A DNA stretch of 64,000 nt, from NCBI GenBank assembly GCA_964016885.1, contig OZ024743.1, forward strand, positions 324,384,001-324,448,000. Reading direction: 5' to 3'. Position 1 is the stretch's first letter, and every line of letters starts with the position of its first letter. The notes under the pieces were generated by a model. It was not told the DNA's origin, searched no databases, and was given only the letters and a program-made list of their open reading frames with translations. This DNA comes from Eledone cirrhosa (Eukaryota). Below are positions 30,092 through 43,260 of the stretch, piece by piece. Both the position numbers and the translations under genes were made by a program.

Positions 30092-31108
30092 TTACCATGG
30101 AAATGTTCGCCTGGTTAAATTGAAAAACTTTTCATTTTCCTTTTTGAAATGTCTTCGAAGTTTTTCGATGACGACTTTTTCAACGGCGGGATGCCTCCTG
30201 CCTTTAGATTTATTTAAACATGAGATTATTTCCTTGTTGATGCAATAAAACCTTCTTGTTTTATCAAAATAGAAAAGGCTGCTATTGTAAAACTTCTTGA
30301 GACCAAGGAAAGATTGGATTTTTTGCATTTCTGTCCAAGGCTTCCATCTTAATATGTCGCCATCTGTAATGTGTATTTGTGATAATGGAAAGTACTCTAT
30401 CCAGCGCCACAAATGATGATAATACTGAGAACGCTGGATTGCGTAAAAATCAAAGTCTAATTTCCCTGTCTTCCCATCAATAGCCATATTTTCAAAAGTC
30501 TCGTATTTCAAACCACGACTGTTATAGGTAAGCCGCATGTGAAGATAATCCGATACAGCTCGGCTAATTGGATCCCTAACAACTAATATGAGTTTTATAG
30601 TGCTGTTCATTTGGTGCACTCTGGAAGGTACCTCTGTCACAGCGTAGTACATGGCAGTCTTTTCAACTGTAAGTTGATGAGGAAGCGATTCTGGCATTTG
30701 GTGTAAATACCATTTGTATCCTTTTTTGTAGTTGTGACTTTTATCAAAGAAATGAACTTCGTTTAATGGTCTTACAATATGTGGATGCATGTTAAGAAAC
30801 TCAAGCACTGCTCTGGTGCCAGCCTTCGAAGCACCAATAATAATACAATGTGGGAAGTGTCTTGTAAGTGGTTTTCCAGTATTAGCCAAGGAAGAGTGAT
30901 TTTTAGACAATAGTAAAGATGATGACTTACTAATTTTGTTCACCCACCAACGACCATTTCTATAGATTTTGTCACCATTGAACAAAGTGGTTAGTGTTAA
31001 GTAAGAGCTTAAATACAGGATACTTGCACTAATTACACAGAACAATACCGTTGGGATAAGGTTTCGTCGTTGTAGTGGTATGAGTCGTAAACATTTAGCT
31101 GGAAACAT
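30092..31108 (-). CDS. HS3ST: Heparan sulfate glucosamine 3-O-sulfotransferase (HS3ST1/5-like), single coding exon
   Basis: 338-aa ORF with N-terminal TM anchor, 5'-PSB IIGASKAGTRAVLEFL, EVHFFD, EKT, 3'-PB VRDPISRAVSDY and CLNKSKGRRHP. Confidence 0.95.
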   Translation of the reverse strand: MFPAKCLRLIPLQRRNLIPTVLFCVISASILYLSSYLTLTTLFNGDKIYRNGRWWVNKISKSSSLLLSKNHSSLANTGKPLTRHFPHCIIIGASKAGTRAVLEFLNMHPHIVRPLNEVHFFDKSHNYKKGYKWYLHQMPESLPHQLTVEKTAMYYAVTEVPSRVHQMNSTIKLILVVRDPISRAVSDYLHMRLTYNSRGLKYETFENMAIDGKTGKLDFDFYAIQRSQYYHHLWRWIEYFPLSQIHITDGDILRWKPWTEMQKIQSFLGLKKFYNSSLFYFDKTRRFYCINKEIISCLNKSKGRRHPAVEKVVIEKLRRHFKKENEKFFNLTRRTFPW

Positions 31109-31167
31109 GGCGACCAGTGAGTCAGAGATGAGGCAACAGAAACTCTACCGAAGGCCCGAAAAAATTA

Positions 31168-31192
31168 CTGTAAAGGAAGAAGAGAAAGAAAT
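31168..31192 (-). promoter_or_regulatory. Probable splice acceptor upstream of the HS3ST start
   Basis: Minus strand reads tttcttttctcttcttcctttacAG, about 60 nt before the ATG. Confidence 0.6.
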
Positions 31193-31733
31193 GTTCTCAG
31201 TAATAAATAAACAGTTTCTAGCATCCTCCACACTGCAATATAAATCATGCCATTGCTTCATATATAAATATTTATATATTATGAGATAATGTTTAGAGTA
31301 CTTAAGATTAATACATTTATATAGAGTCAAGTTTGAAACAATTCATTCACAATATGATCACAACATTGAGTTAGTACTATAATACATACCACCTTTGTAA
31401 CCTTCAAGTCATTTGAAGGTTGTTCGATGATATAGACGTCTTCTGATAAAGACCCAATTAAATCCGAAAATCGATCAAAGGTGTTTATCAGTTTTTCTTG
31501 GTATGTTTACATGTCTACATATTAAACATGTGCATATTTATATACACATTGCTGCAGTCTCGGTTACTCACTCCCTATGTATACAGATATAACTTTACGT
31601 ACACTTCGGCTGCAAGCGCACTTCTTAATCTATCTGCCTGCCTGTCCACTTCTCCGTCTATCTGTCAATCTATCTCTCTATCTCTATCTCTATCTATCTA
31701 CCCGTCTATCTATCTATCCATCTCTCTCCCCCC

Positions 31734-31804
<71 letters not shown>

Positions 31805-32139
31805 GTCTGTCTGTCTGTCTGGTTGTCAGTAATACATTAATATTATTTTTTCTTATGGCATATTTGATGTTGACGACGCTTTAAATGCACACTTAATGTA
31901 CCCCCACCAACTTAACTATTATTTATCTTGCAGTGGCGCCTGGAAAACAATTAAATTTTAAGCAATTTTTCTTTTTTTGCGCCCCTAAATATGCATTTTT
32001 ATATATTAGGAATTTATTCACCACCGCTTCAGTACGTTTCAGTGATGCTATACTCCATTTGAGGAAGACTCTAACATGTCCGAAGTTGTCTCCCTTATTA
32101 GAGCTAATCAATAAAAATTGAAATGATAGTAGCCATTAA

Positions 32140-32252
32140 CTTCAAATCCCGCCGAGGTTAACTTTGCCTTTCATCCTTACGGGGTCGATAAAATAAAGTA
32201 CCAGTAATGTACTGGGTAATTGCTGGCCTTGTGTCAAAAGTAGAAACAATTA
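32140..32252 (+). mobile_element. SINE family A, 5' truncated
   Basis: Core match. Confidence 0.85.
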
Positions 32253-32536
32253 TTTTTCTTTCGCTGCCAGATTGGGTTCGACTGAAAATATTAAAATTCC
32301 AAGTATTTAACAAACCGACGCCTATTTAAAGGAAATTATTCCATCGACTTTCAGAAACTAATGGTAAACGACTCGCATGATTTACATACACGAAGATGAA
32401 ATCCTTAATGTCGTTCTAACAATACGATAGACCGCAAGACATCTACAATGTCCACATACATGCTTAAATTTCTTTATTTATATGTATATATCCATGTTTA
32501 TCTATTCATGTTTGTATGCGAGTATATATATCTAAG

Positions 32537-32597
<61 letters not shown>

Positions 32598-33561
32598 TTG
32601 TATATGCATTAACTAGAACGAAAACAAATCTAAACCAAACCCAAGCTATCCACGAACTCAAGCAAACGTGAATCATAATCGTACAATCAATACTATTCAC
32701 CAAACTACACCACACCAACCATAAATTACATTAAAAACGCCCTTATACCCAACCCTCGCAGTCGAACAACAACCAGCTTGCTCCAATTACTGGTATGCGG
32801 TGACAGACGGCATCAGGTTTCAGTCGTTATATTACATACATAGTTTCTAAATTATTCTGCAGTGATTATAACCCCGTTATGTCATTGGCATAGCATTCAC
32901 ATATAATCAGTACAACCACTAGAAACTACCACTGACCCATCTTCGCAACAAACCCGACCCTGTTTACAGTCATACACCGCCACGAACCTCAAGCTCAACC
33001 ACCAGAACCCGAACTGACCCAACTGAGATCTTTCAATCAACCATTAATCTAATCCAAACCCAGTTCCCGAACCAATATGCCCCCAAAAGGGAACGAAATG
33101 AAGCTACAGGCTCAACAATAAATTGACCAAATAAATATAATTAAAAGCTAATATTAAAGCTAATATTAAACAATATGAAAGAGTAAACCTTACTAGGTAA
33201 CGTACATTACCTCACAGACAAATAAATGCCAAAAAATAAAGAATTACTAAAACATCATCTCACCAGAATACCACACACGGTTACTGTCCGAATAAGATTT
33301 CAGCGTGCTACTAACTAAATACTAATCTATCTCCTTATAATATATAACCAGCAATTTCTCTATCTATCTGTCCGACAGTGGAAACACGTGGAAACACGTG
33401 CGCGCGTGGTTGCTATCTCTCTCTCTCTACAGCTATCCCTCTCTTTTAGTCTGTCTGTTTCTCTCACTCTCACATACATTTCTGTGTGTGTAATATATAT
33501 ATACACACACAGACATATATATATATACACACAGAAATATATATACATTTCTGTGTGTGTA

Positions 33562-33594
<33 letters not shown>

Positions 33595-33620
33595 GAAATA
33601 TATATACATTTCTGTGTGTG

Positions 33621-33697
<77 letters not shown>

Positions 33698-34299
33698 GAA
33701 ATATATGGGCATTTCTCTGTTTGTCTGTCTGTCCTTCCCTAAAACTCAATATAAACAAGTGTTAATATCTTAGTTGTTGTTGTTATTGTTTAGCCAAAGG
33801 TCAGCCTTGATTAAACAGACCTATAGTGAGCATCGGTGCCTGGATATTTAGCACCGTAGGCTAACATTATAACAGACCTGCTAACCGCTAAAAACACAAA
33901 CGGAGAGTACCACGAAAAATAGTGCCCCAAACGGGGAGAAGTGAGGCAAAATATGGAGATTTTGCATAATGAAAGTTATACCCGTTTTCACAAGAGAAGA
34001 CATCTCTCACCCACCCCAAAGTGGAAGGGAGATCTCCCCGTCGAACGAGGAGAGTCTGCTACAACATGCGCCCCATTTTCCAAATAAAATAATTTCCACT
34101 TATAGTTCGGTAAGCTGACACTTCTTGCTCTGATCACACGAAGAAAATTACAAAGCCTGCATTTTCAACTACGCAGTTCACACTCACCCACGCTAAATCA
34201 TGTTACAAGTCATAACACTATACGACACTCTTCGTTGCTTTGAATGTTTTCATAACGCTGCTACGCATCAAAGATGTTTAGTGATTTATTATTATGCTT

Positions 34300-34478
34300 C
34301 GAAGCATAGAGTTACGGCCCTTTACGTTCTGAGTTCAAATCCCGCCGAGGTTAACTTTGCCTTTCATCCTTACGGGGTCGATAAAATAAAGTACCAGTAA
34401 GCACTGGGGTTGATTTAATCAACTTTCTCCTTTCCTTCAAATTGCTGCTCTTGTGTCTAAAGTAGAAACAATTATTAT
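34300..34478 (+). mobile_element. SINE family A
   Basis: B box plus core. Confidence 0.85.
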
Positions 34479-34499
34479 AGTGATTTAGTGATATTGTGA

Positions 34500-34825
34500 A
34501 GGCACGTGGCTTAGTGGCTAGGATGTTAAGCCCGTGATCGTAAGAACATGAGCGCAATTCCTGAACCGGGCGGCGCGTTGTGTCCTTGAGCAAGACGCTT
34601 TATTTCACGTTGCACCAATCCACTCAGCTAGCATAAATGGGTTGTACCTGTAATTAAAGGTGCTAGCCTTGTCACACATTATGTCACGCTGAATCTCCCA
34701 GAGAATTACGTTAAGGGTGTTCTTGTCTATAAAATGTTCAACCACTTACACGTTAGAGTCACGAGGAGGAATTTTGTTAATTGGGTCAATTGGAGCAATC
34801 GTCGTCGGAAACGACGGAGGTCCTC
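34500..34825 (+). mobile_element. tRNA-derived SINE family B (CORE-like domain)
   Basis: A box tggcttagtgg and gttgtgtccttgagcaagac. Related copies at ~38690-39000 and ~58620-58910. Confidence 0.75.
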
Positions 34826-34991
34826 CCAGTGATTTATTTATTGATCGCAGGAAATGATTACATATTACGACCCGTAAGGTTCAGCAATGCTCCCCTCTGA
34901 GGTCTGCACCTTAATTGGCTACCTAGTTGGCCTTAATAGTAGCGCCAGCCTTGCCGATGGTCGAAGGCATTCTCTTTTTGTATATCTAGGT

Positions 34992-35292
34992 TAGTGGTTC
35001 CCAGCCTTTTGTGCACCATACTCCACCTAACATCTCGAAAATTGTTACGTCCCACCCCACTTTTGCTACATAACAGCGTTGATCAACTGCAAAATATAAA
35101 CAAATTAGCGTATAGGTGGTGCCAGATGCACAATAATATGTGTGGAGGAGGTGAGACAGGAGTTACCGACAGTAATGTGTACCAAAGTTGCCTCGGTGTA
35201 AAAGTAATAAGTGTAAACTTGAAGTAACTCTCATTAACACCATTTTCAAATTGCTTCCCTGTGGGACGTGCGCCACACGCTGGGAATCACTG
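34992..35292. mobile_element. hAT (Charlie-like) MITE
   Basis: TIR tagtggttcccagc / gctgggaatcactg with TSD atctaggt / atctagga. Confidence 0.75.
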
Positions 35293-35916
35293 ATCTAGGA
35301 TCATGTTATCCATTCTTTTTAAATTCAGGAAGATTTGTATGTTATTTCTAATAGGTTCGATGACCACGTATAGGTTTATGGGTTATATATTAATGTATTA
35401 TGTAACATATTGTATTTATTTCATGTCTGGGTATCTGTGTGTGTGTATGTATTGGATGTATGTTTATATGTGTTTGTGTGTATTGGATGTGAGTGTGTGG
35501 GTGAGAAAATGTGTATGTTGGGTATATGTTTATGAGTGTGTGTATGTGTGTGTGTGCGTTTATGTTTGCATTACATGTATGGTTACGTGTGTGTGTCAAT
35601 ATATGTGTATTGGATATATGTTTATTTGTGTGTATGTATGAATGCATTGAATGTGCGTGTGTAATTATTGGATGTGTGTGTGTATGTGACTATTGGGTGC
35701 ATGTTTATGTGTATGTGAGTATGTGTATGTTTATGTATGTGTGTGTATGTGATTGGATACCATGGTGGGGATTAACACCCCAGATTTTGTATAGGGCGTG
35801 AGGAATTAAATAGTGTTGACATACATACTAATGTACATGTATATGTATGTGTGTGTCTGTGTGTGTATTTGTCCCCAGACCTTCTATCCCCTTCAATATA
35901 CACATACACGTACACT

Positions 35917-35949
<33 letters not shown>

Positions 35950-36044
35950 CGAAAAATCAGTGATGCATATATATATATATATATATATATAATATAAAAC
36001 GAAAAATCAGTGATGCATATATATATATATATATATATTTTAAA

Positions 36045-36276
36045 AGGGTACGTCAAAGTTTATTTGTAAAACTGTTATATATTGTATTTTGTCTGATGAA
36101 GGCATATCATAATTTAATTTGGTATCCCTGAAATATGTATAATGAAATAAATATGGTTTTATAAATATAGTTTCCATTTATTAATATCGTATATCTACTC
36201 CAAATACTTGTCGAGTGCTTTATATCAGTTATAAAAATATTTACTTGTTGTATCCCAACAATTTAAATAGAACTTT

Positions 36277-36280
<4 letters not shown>
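36045..36280 (+). mobile_element. Solo Penelope pLTR-like segment with HHR-like motif
   Basis: Homologous to 58010-58250. CTGATGA at 36093, then a stem, then GAAA at 36130. Confidence 0.65.
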
Positions 36281-36344
<64 letters not shown>

Positions 36345-37917
36345 GAAAAATTGAACGGGAACAAAACAGAGAGGCAGTACAACAAATGTTTATTAATTTC
36401 ACGCTCTTGAGAGTGGGGTGGTGGTGGGGAACGACGTTTCGGGCATAAGCCCTTCTTCAGGTGAAAAGTGTGTGGGAAGAGAGTTCAAAGGGTGTGTAGG
36501 GGAGTGGTGGAGAGACATATAGCAAAAAAGGGGGTGAGAGGAAACGGTGCAAATGGACTTAAAAATAAAGGCATGATCAAAATAAAATTAAAATGGGGTA
36601 AAACAGGTGGTGGAAGGATGTGGGGCGTGTAGGGGTGGTGGCGGGTGGAGTGGGGAGAGGGAGACGGGGTGTCCGAGCGGGGAGGGCTGAAGGTGGTGTG
36701 TGTGTGTAGGTGTACGTGTGTGTGTAGGTGTACGTGTGTGTGTGTATGTGAAAGCAAGGGTTGGGGGAAGAACGGGGTTGCATGTTCAGGAAGAGGTGCG
36801 TGTGGGGTGGGGTGTAGGTCGGAGTGTGTGTGCATGTGTGGATAGAGGGGTGGGGGGAGAGGAATCCGGAGGCTGAATGTGTAAATATGTGGTGGTACGC
36901 ACGTGTGTGTGTGGTGTTTAAGCGTGTTGTGGGTGTAGGTGGCGTGTGGGAAAAAAAATTATTTTTGGGTGTGTGTGTGGGTGAGTCATAAAGGTGATTC
37001 CGTAAGAAGATGTGGTGGAATGCTTAGTAAACTCCTTGATTGTGGTTGATTCCGGGATCAAGGTTCACATACGTGTAATCCGTGAAGAGATTGGTCGGAA
37101 GAGGGGAGATGTGGGGTGCGCGCGCGCAACAGGAAGTGGTCAAGGCAGGAGGAGTGTTGTGTGTCTGTGTGTCCGGGGAGGTGGTCAGAGGGCATAGCAG
37201 CAGTAGGGTAGAATGATGGTAAGTGAAGATGTGTTGTGTGTCTGTGTGTGCGGGGAGGTGGTCAGAGGGCATAGCAGCAGTAGGGTAGAATGATAAAGGG
37301 GAGAGAATGGGTAGGTGTGAAAGTTGGAGTGAGGAGGGGGTGTGTGTGTGTATTAGTAGAGGTGTTAGTGGGATGAGTGAGTGTTTGAGAAAGGGTGTGG
37401 GTGGAGCGGGGAGAGAAGGGTGTGGGGGTCGATGGAGGGAGTGTGGTGTACTGGTGTGTGTGTTTGGTGAAGGGGGTGTTAGTGGGTGTTAGTATACAGG
37501 ATGTGGAGAAAGGGTTGAATGCGGGTGTGAGTGGGGGTCAGTGGTGGTAGGGTGTGTAGAGTGGGTGGTGTAAGAGGGTGTGTGTGTACGTGTGTGTAGG
37601 GTTGGGAGGTGTTAGTTGTGTTAGTTGCGTGTAGGGTGGGTGGTGTTAGTGGGGGATATGTGTGTGTGTGTGTGGGGGGGGGGGGGGGTCGAAGGCTAAA
37701 GGAATAAGTGGGGAGTTCAGGCCGAGGGGAGTGTGGGTCTGTAAGATGAAGATGGTTCGTTGTTCAACTCTTAGGAGATTGGCGGGTGTTCCGTGGCATT
37801 GGAGTAGACCACAGACTGTGAGATGGCGTGCGGAATGTCGAGGGGCACCAAAGTGGCGGGCGATGGGGGAACTACCACCGAGACGAATATCCCGGAGGTG
37901 CTCAGTAAATCTGTCCG
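36345..37917 (-). mobile_element. Penelope-like element 3' portion (GIY-YIG C-terminus, long low-complexity UTR, HHR)
   Basis: Minus translation [11 protein letters not shown]...PIARHF...EQRTIFILQTHTPLGLN at ~37710-37917. Confidence 0.75.
36431..36463 (-). ncRNA. Minimal hammerhead ribozyme
   Basis: CTGAAGA a gggc ttat gccc GAAA c GTC. Stem I is weak. Confidence 0.65.
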
Positions 37918-37961
37918 TATATATATATATATATATATAATATAAAACGAAAAATCAGTGA

Positions 37962-38080
<119 letters not shown>

Positions 38081-38499
38081 TTATATATATATGTGTGTGT
38101 ATGTATTTAGTAACTAATTAAAATTTGGAAGGTACATATATATATATATATGAGAGTGAGAGAGAGAGAGAGATAGGGAGAGAGATAGAGAGAGAGATAG
38201 GGAGAGAGAAAGAGAGGGAGATAGAGAGAGAGAGGGAGAGAGAGAGAGGAGGGAGAGGGAGAGAGAGACAAAGGGAAAAGAAAGAATTTGGAATTAGAAG
38301 ACAAAAATAGAGGTTAGAAGGATAAGGGTGTATGTTGTGAACGAATGTTGATGTGGCGTTTTCTTTTTTTCAGTGGATATGAGGAAATAGTTTCTTAAGA
38401 GTAGAACTAACTACCTATCGTATATCCAACGTATTTGACAGACGATAGGCAAATAAATTCATTGACATATTTCTTACATTGTTAGTACTTTCCTGTTTC

Positions 38500-39590
38500 C
38501 ATCGGTAGAAGGTCGGACATGCTTTCTAGCATAGAGTTACGTCCCTTTACGGTCTGAGTTCAAATCCCGCCGAGGTTGACTTTGCCTTTCATCCTTACGG
38601 GGTCGATAAAATAAAGTACCAGTAATGCACTGGGTAATTGCTGGCCGTGTGCCAAAAAGTAGAAACAATTATATTATATATGTATGTTCGAATGGTTAGG
38701 AAGTTCACTTCCCAATCATTAAGTTCCGGGTTTGATTCCGGGTTTGATCCCAATCATTAAGTTCTGGGTTTGATCCCAGTCTCACATCTTGGACATATGT
38801 CATTTACCATAACCTCGAGTCGACCTAAGCCTTGTGAGTGAAGCTGTTTGGAAACCTGTCGGATGTACCTGTAATTCAAAGGCCCAGTCTTGTCACACGT
38901 TGTATTATACTGTGTAGAATGCTCAGCCACTTACACATTAATTTCACAAGTAGATTGTTCCGTTGATCAAACAACTGGAACACCCAAAAGCGACGGAAGT
39001 CCATGTCACATTTTATATATATGTTGTTTTAAATTTCAGTTATAAAGGAAATTCTATATTTTATTATATTCTCAAGTGTTCCAGATAAAATCTATCTATT
39101 TATTTATATTATTATTTGAGTCCTTGGGGTGGTAGTCTGGCAGTGTCAGTAGAATGTCGGATAACAACCTTTACAATATATTGTTACGGCACTTTACATT
39201 CTGAGTTCAAATCCCGCCGAGGTTAGTTTTTGCCTTTTATCCTTACTGAGTCGATAAAATAAAGTACCAGTAATGCATTGTGGTCAATTTAATCGACTTT
39301 CCCTTTCCCAAAATTGTTAGCCTTGTCCCTAAATCAGAATTTATTACTTTTCAAATCCTTGGAGTGAGGGATTGGCAGTATTGACAGAGCGTCCGGAAAC
39401 CTGCTTTATAGTATATAGTTACGGCGCCATACGTTCTGAGTTCAAATCCCGCCGAGGTTAGCTTTGCCTTTCATCTTTACGGGGTTGATAAAATAAAGTA
39501 CCAGTCACATACTGTGGTCGCTTTAATCGAACTTTTCCTTTCCTCTTTCCTTCAAATTGCTGGTTTTGTGTCAAAAGTAGAAACAATTAT
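38500..39590 (+). mobile_element. SINE cluster (three family A, one family B)
   Basis: Family A cores at ~38580, ~39230 and ~39465; family B at 38690-39000. Confidence 0.8.
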
Positions 39591-39926
39591 TCGAGTCCTT
39601 GTGCTAGCGAGCATGTGTCATTGTGTATGTGTGTATGTTTTATGGACACACACACTACACACATATGTATACACCATACATATACACGCATATAATCATA
39701 AAGCCTTTTTACGCGAGGAAAGGCTTTGCACGGAGCTAATCTAACTCTCTAAACATCGAATATGCATCTACCCTCAAAATAGAACTGGTTTACATCATTG
39801 GATGCAAACAAAGTCACAGGTTTTACATCAGAGTAACCTTCTTCTAGAAAGATGTCTAGGGTTCTCTTACTCCACTGCCCCCCCCCCCCCCAAAAAAAAA
39901 AAATTAAATTATATATATATATACAT

Positions 39927-40146
39927 ATAATTACATAATAAATAACACAATATAATTATTTCAATATCATCGAAGGTTTCAAGAAACTAGATGATTATTG
40001 CCGAAAGATCTAGCTCATTTGTCAGACAAAACAATTATCTATTATTTAATTGTTTTGTCTGACAAATGAGTTTCTGCAAGAATCATCTAGTTTCTTGAAA
40101 CCTTCCATATTGAAATAATTATATTGTTTTATTTATTATGTAATTA
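39927..40146. repeat. About 100-bp-arm inverted repeat next to a TA tract
   Basis: taattacataataaa...ctcatttgtcagacaaaacaatt / aattgttttgtctgacaaatgag...tttattatgtaatta. Confidence 0.9.
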
Positions 40147-41229
40147 AATAGCTCTGTACTTCACATAGAGCACTCTTCTTTCCTTTACCTTTTCTACAGA
40201 TGCTAGTAGAATAGCTGGCGTTACTTATGTTGAGAAGTAGCTATGAAAAGGACCAAAGTAGGTATCTGTGTTACAGAGTAAATCTCATATAACTAATTTA
40301 TATAAAATAAGTTTACATCATTTGGTGGAAGTGAAACTAATTTAAATTCATTTGAAAATTTTAATGAACAAAATGCTTTCTTTTTTTAAAAATTCTTTTA
40401 TTTTACTATTTAGTCAAAGAAGGAAAGACAGTTCCCTTGACCCTTTCCAGAGCCTCTGATACTAGCTTAAGTATCTCTTTAAGGACACTCAAATGCTTAG
40501 TGGTGCAGTTAAACTGGCGACAGATTGAGTCTACCAGGCATTGAGTCTACCTTAGCATGATTTGAACTCAAAACGCACACCATCTTGTCTAACAATTGCA
40601 CCTACTAACCTCGTAACGATGAAAGGCAAAGTCAACCTCTACGTGGTTTGAATTCAGAACACATACAGTCAGAACAAAAAAGGTAGGAATTTTGTTCTAT
40701 GACACCTACATTTAACCCTGAATAGAAACGAGAGTATTAGGAAGTAAATCCCAAATGGAAATCAAATATTTCTTATAAGGTGAGGAAATTGGTGTTCCCT
40801 GGCGTAAAATATGCACAAAAATGTCGCCAATATCCACAGATATATTTGAAATTTTATTTTATTCTTTCAATCATTAATGAAACAATACTTATATATTTGA
40901 TATGTGAAAAGACGTTTGGAAATGATGCAATTAATCCTTTGAAGATGAAAGACCACCATAATGCGATGTATTCGGATAAGATAAATAGTTTGTATTTTAT
41001 TTTTTGAGACTCTGAATGAAAGGATTGGAAAACGTCCAGCCTTTCATTCAGAAATGAAGGTATCTTACAATATATCTTTTAACAAAGTAACTGCATGAAT
41101 GAATGACTATAGAATAATTAGAAAAACACTACAAATGTTTAAAAACGGAAAAGGAAGGGAAAGACAAAGGTTCTAGGGCAACAGAAGAATGGGAGGGGGA
41201 GGGTAATAGGCTTTAGACCTAGGATTTGG

Positions 41230-41535
41230 AGCTGCACACCGAGGACAAGACCGCAAAAGCATTTCCGTGAACAATGGCCAGCAACACCCGCTGCAACAGA
41301 CACACGACCTCGTGGGGCTCATTCCCCAGACAGGCTGCTAACGTTCCGATCTTGCTGAGGAGCTCAGCAGTACGGGCTCCAAATACGCCTGAGGTCTCGA
41401 CGGTGACCGGTGCAAAGAGGAAGCGGCAGACAATCCCCAGTATTTGTTTGTCTTTCTTTCCTCTGTATTGCGGGCCGCAGTGTCGGGGTTTGTGGCCGAA
41501 GCGACTAGGCTGGAGGCGGAGAACGTGTCACCAAA
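41230..41535 (-). mobile_element. CRE-clade non-LTR retrotransposon, restriction-like endonuclease fragment
   Basis: DTFSAS...AARNTEERKTNKY, then FAPVTVETSGVFG...LLQRVLLAIVHGNAFAVL. Confidence 0.75.
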
Positions 41536-42314
41536 ATATGTTAAAAAACAACAACAAACCACAACAACTAAATTTCACATACAGTTGGAGAAGATATTAT
41601 TACAGCAGCTGTAAATGAAGTCATAGCAACTGTTATAAAGAACGATTCTAGCTTTATTCTTAAAGTTATTCCTCAGAGTAACAATACAGTAAAATACTTT
41701 ATTTATAAGACTGTAGAAGACGATAATTTCAGAACTCAAAAGAGTAAGTTTTCTATCCAGCTAGAAGGGTCAACATTTAGAGATTTTTATATTCCCATGG
41801 GCTATATAAATTACTGCAGTCCCACTAAAAAAGGCGTTGATATATTTCTCTTTGCAAAATAGCTTAAATCTGAAACGTTTTTTGGGGTGGACACATATCC
41901 CTTGCTAGGTCGTAACTGTGTGTGTATATGTGTGTGTATGTGCTGCTACATTAAGTTCACTTTCCCATCACAAGGTCCTGGGTTCTAATTCAATATTTGT
42001 CTCGCTGTAAGTAATTATTTCTCCAAACTTATACATTTAATCCTTTATGTCATTTGTACATATATACTGAAACTTTATGTCATCATATACTAGAAATATA
42101 TTATTAAAATATCATTCTCATTTTTACTCACCTCCACATGTCAGTAATCAATAAAAAAAAATATAGGGTTTCTCTTATGCACACCATTAACTGATCAAAA
42201 TGCAAATGTCTCAGTATGTATAATGATTGTTCATATATGCGATATTCATGGTATATATGGTGTACCAATCCTGGTCTCCAAAAATTAAATACGTTAAGAC
42301 TATTGCAACACTGG

Positions 42315-42367
<53 letters not shown>

Positions 42368-42436
42368 ATATATATATATATATTTTACTATATTATATAT
42401 AGACACTCCAGGTAGAGCTGCTACTTCTTCAAATTG

Positions 42437-42468
<32 letters not shown>

Positions 42469-42823
42469 AATATGGGGAGAAGAATACTTCATGGTTGCAC
42501 ATGGATTACATATTATAAAATTAGTCCCTCATCAGTGATTTGTCAACGATCATTGGTATTTCATCGCATTAAAAATCATATACCTCACGTTGGTGCGAGC
42601 AATAACTAAAATAAGCTATTGGGACAAGTGAAACGCGTAAAGCGAGTGAGACAAGTAAACAACATCGAAGAAAGGCTAACCGAAGATGGGAAGAAAACAA
42701 GCAACATGGTTATTCGATCAGCGTAAGCTGGGTGAATTCATGAGCGCTTAGCAAACAGACCTTTCGCTGTGAATGATATATATATATATATATATATGAA
42801 TGATATATATATATATACCTTTC

Positions 42824-42897
<74 letters not shown>

Positions 42898-43127
42898 ATT
42901 TGAAGAAGTAGCAGCTCTACCTGAGTGACTCTCTGATCTCCGAGGTACCAATGTTAATGATGAAATTAACTCATTTATTCAATAGGATTGTTGAAAATGT
43001 TTAAACTGGTCGTACTTTTAAATAGGTAACTAAAATTACTGTGTTTTCAATGGAGATTAATCTTATTCTATTTCTACTATTTGTCGTGGAATAATTTTGT
43101 ACTTATTCATTTCTGAAGATTTGATAC

Positions 43128-43260
43128 GTTGGCGGCTCGCCTTACCGAGGTGTCAGGTGAAGTCCATGAGGGTGCTTGGTTGTTTCAGCGCCTTAGCCTA
43201 GCTATCACTCGCGGTAATACTGCGAGCGCTTTGGCTTATCTCAAAATTTTCCGTTGACCT
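43128..43260 (+). mobile_element. CRE-like 3' fragment, related copy at ~20177-20237
   Basis: LAARLTEVSGEVHEGAWLFQRLSLAITRGNTASAL. Confidence 0.7.
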
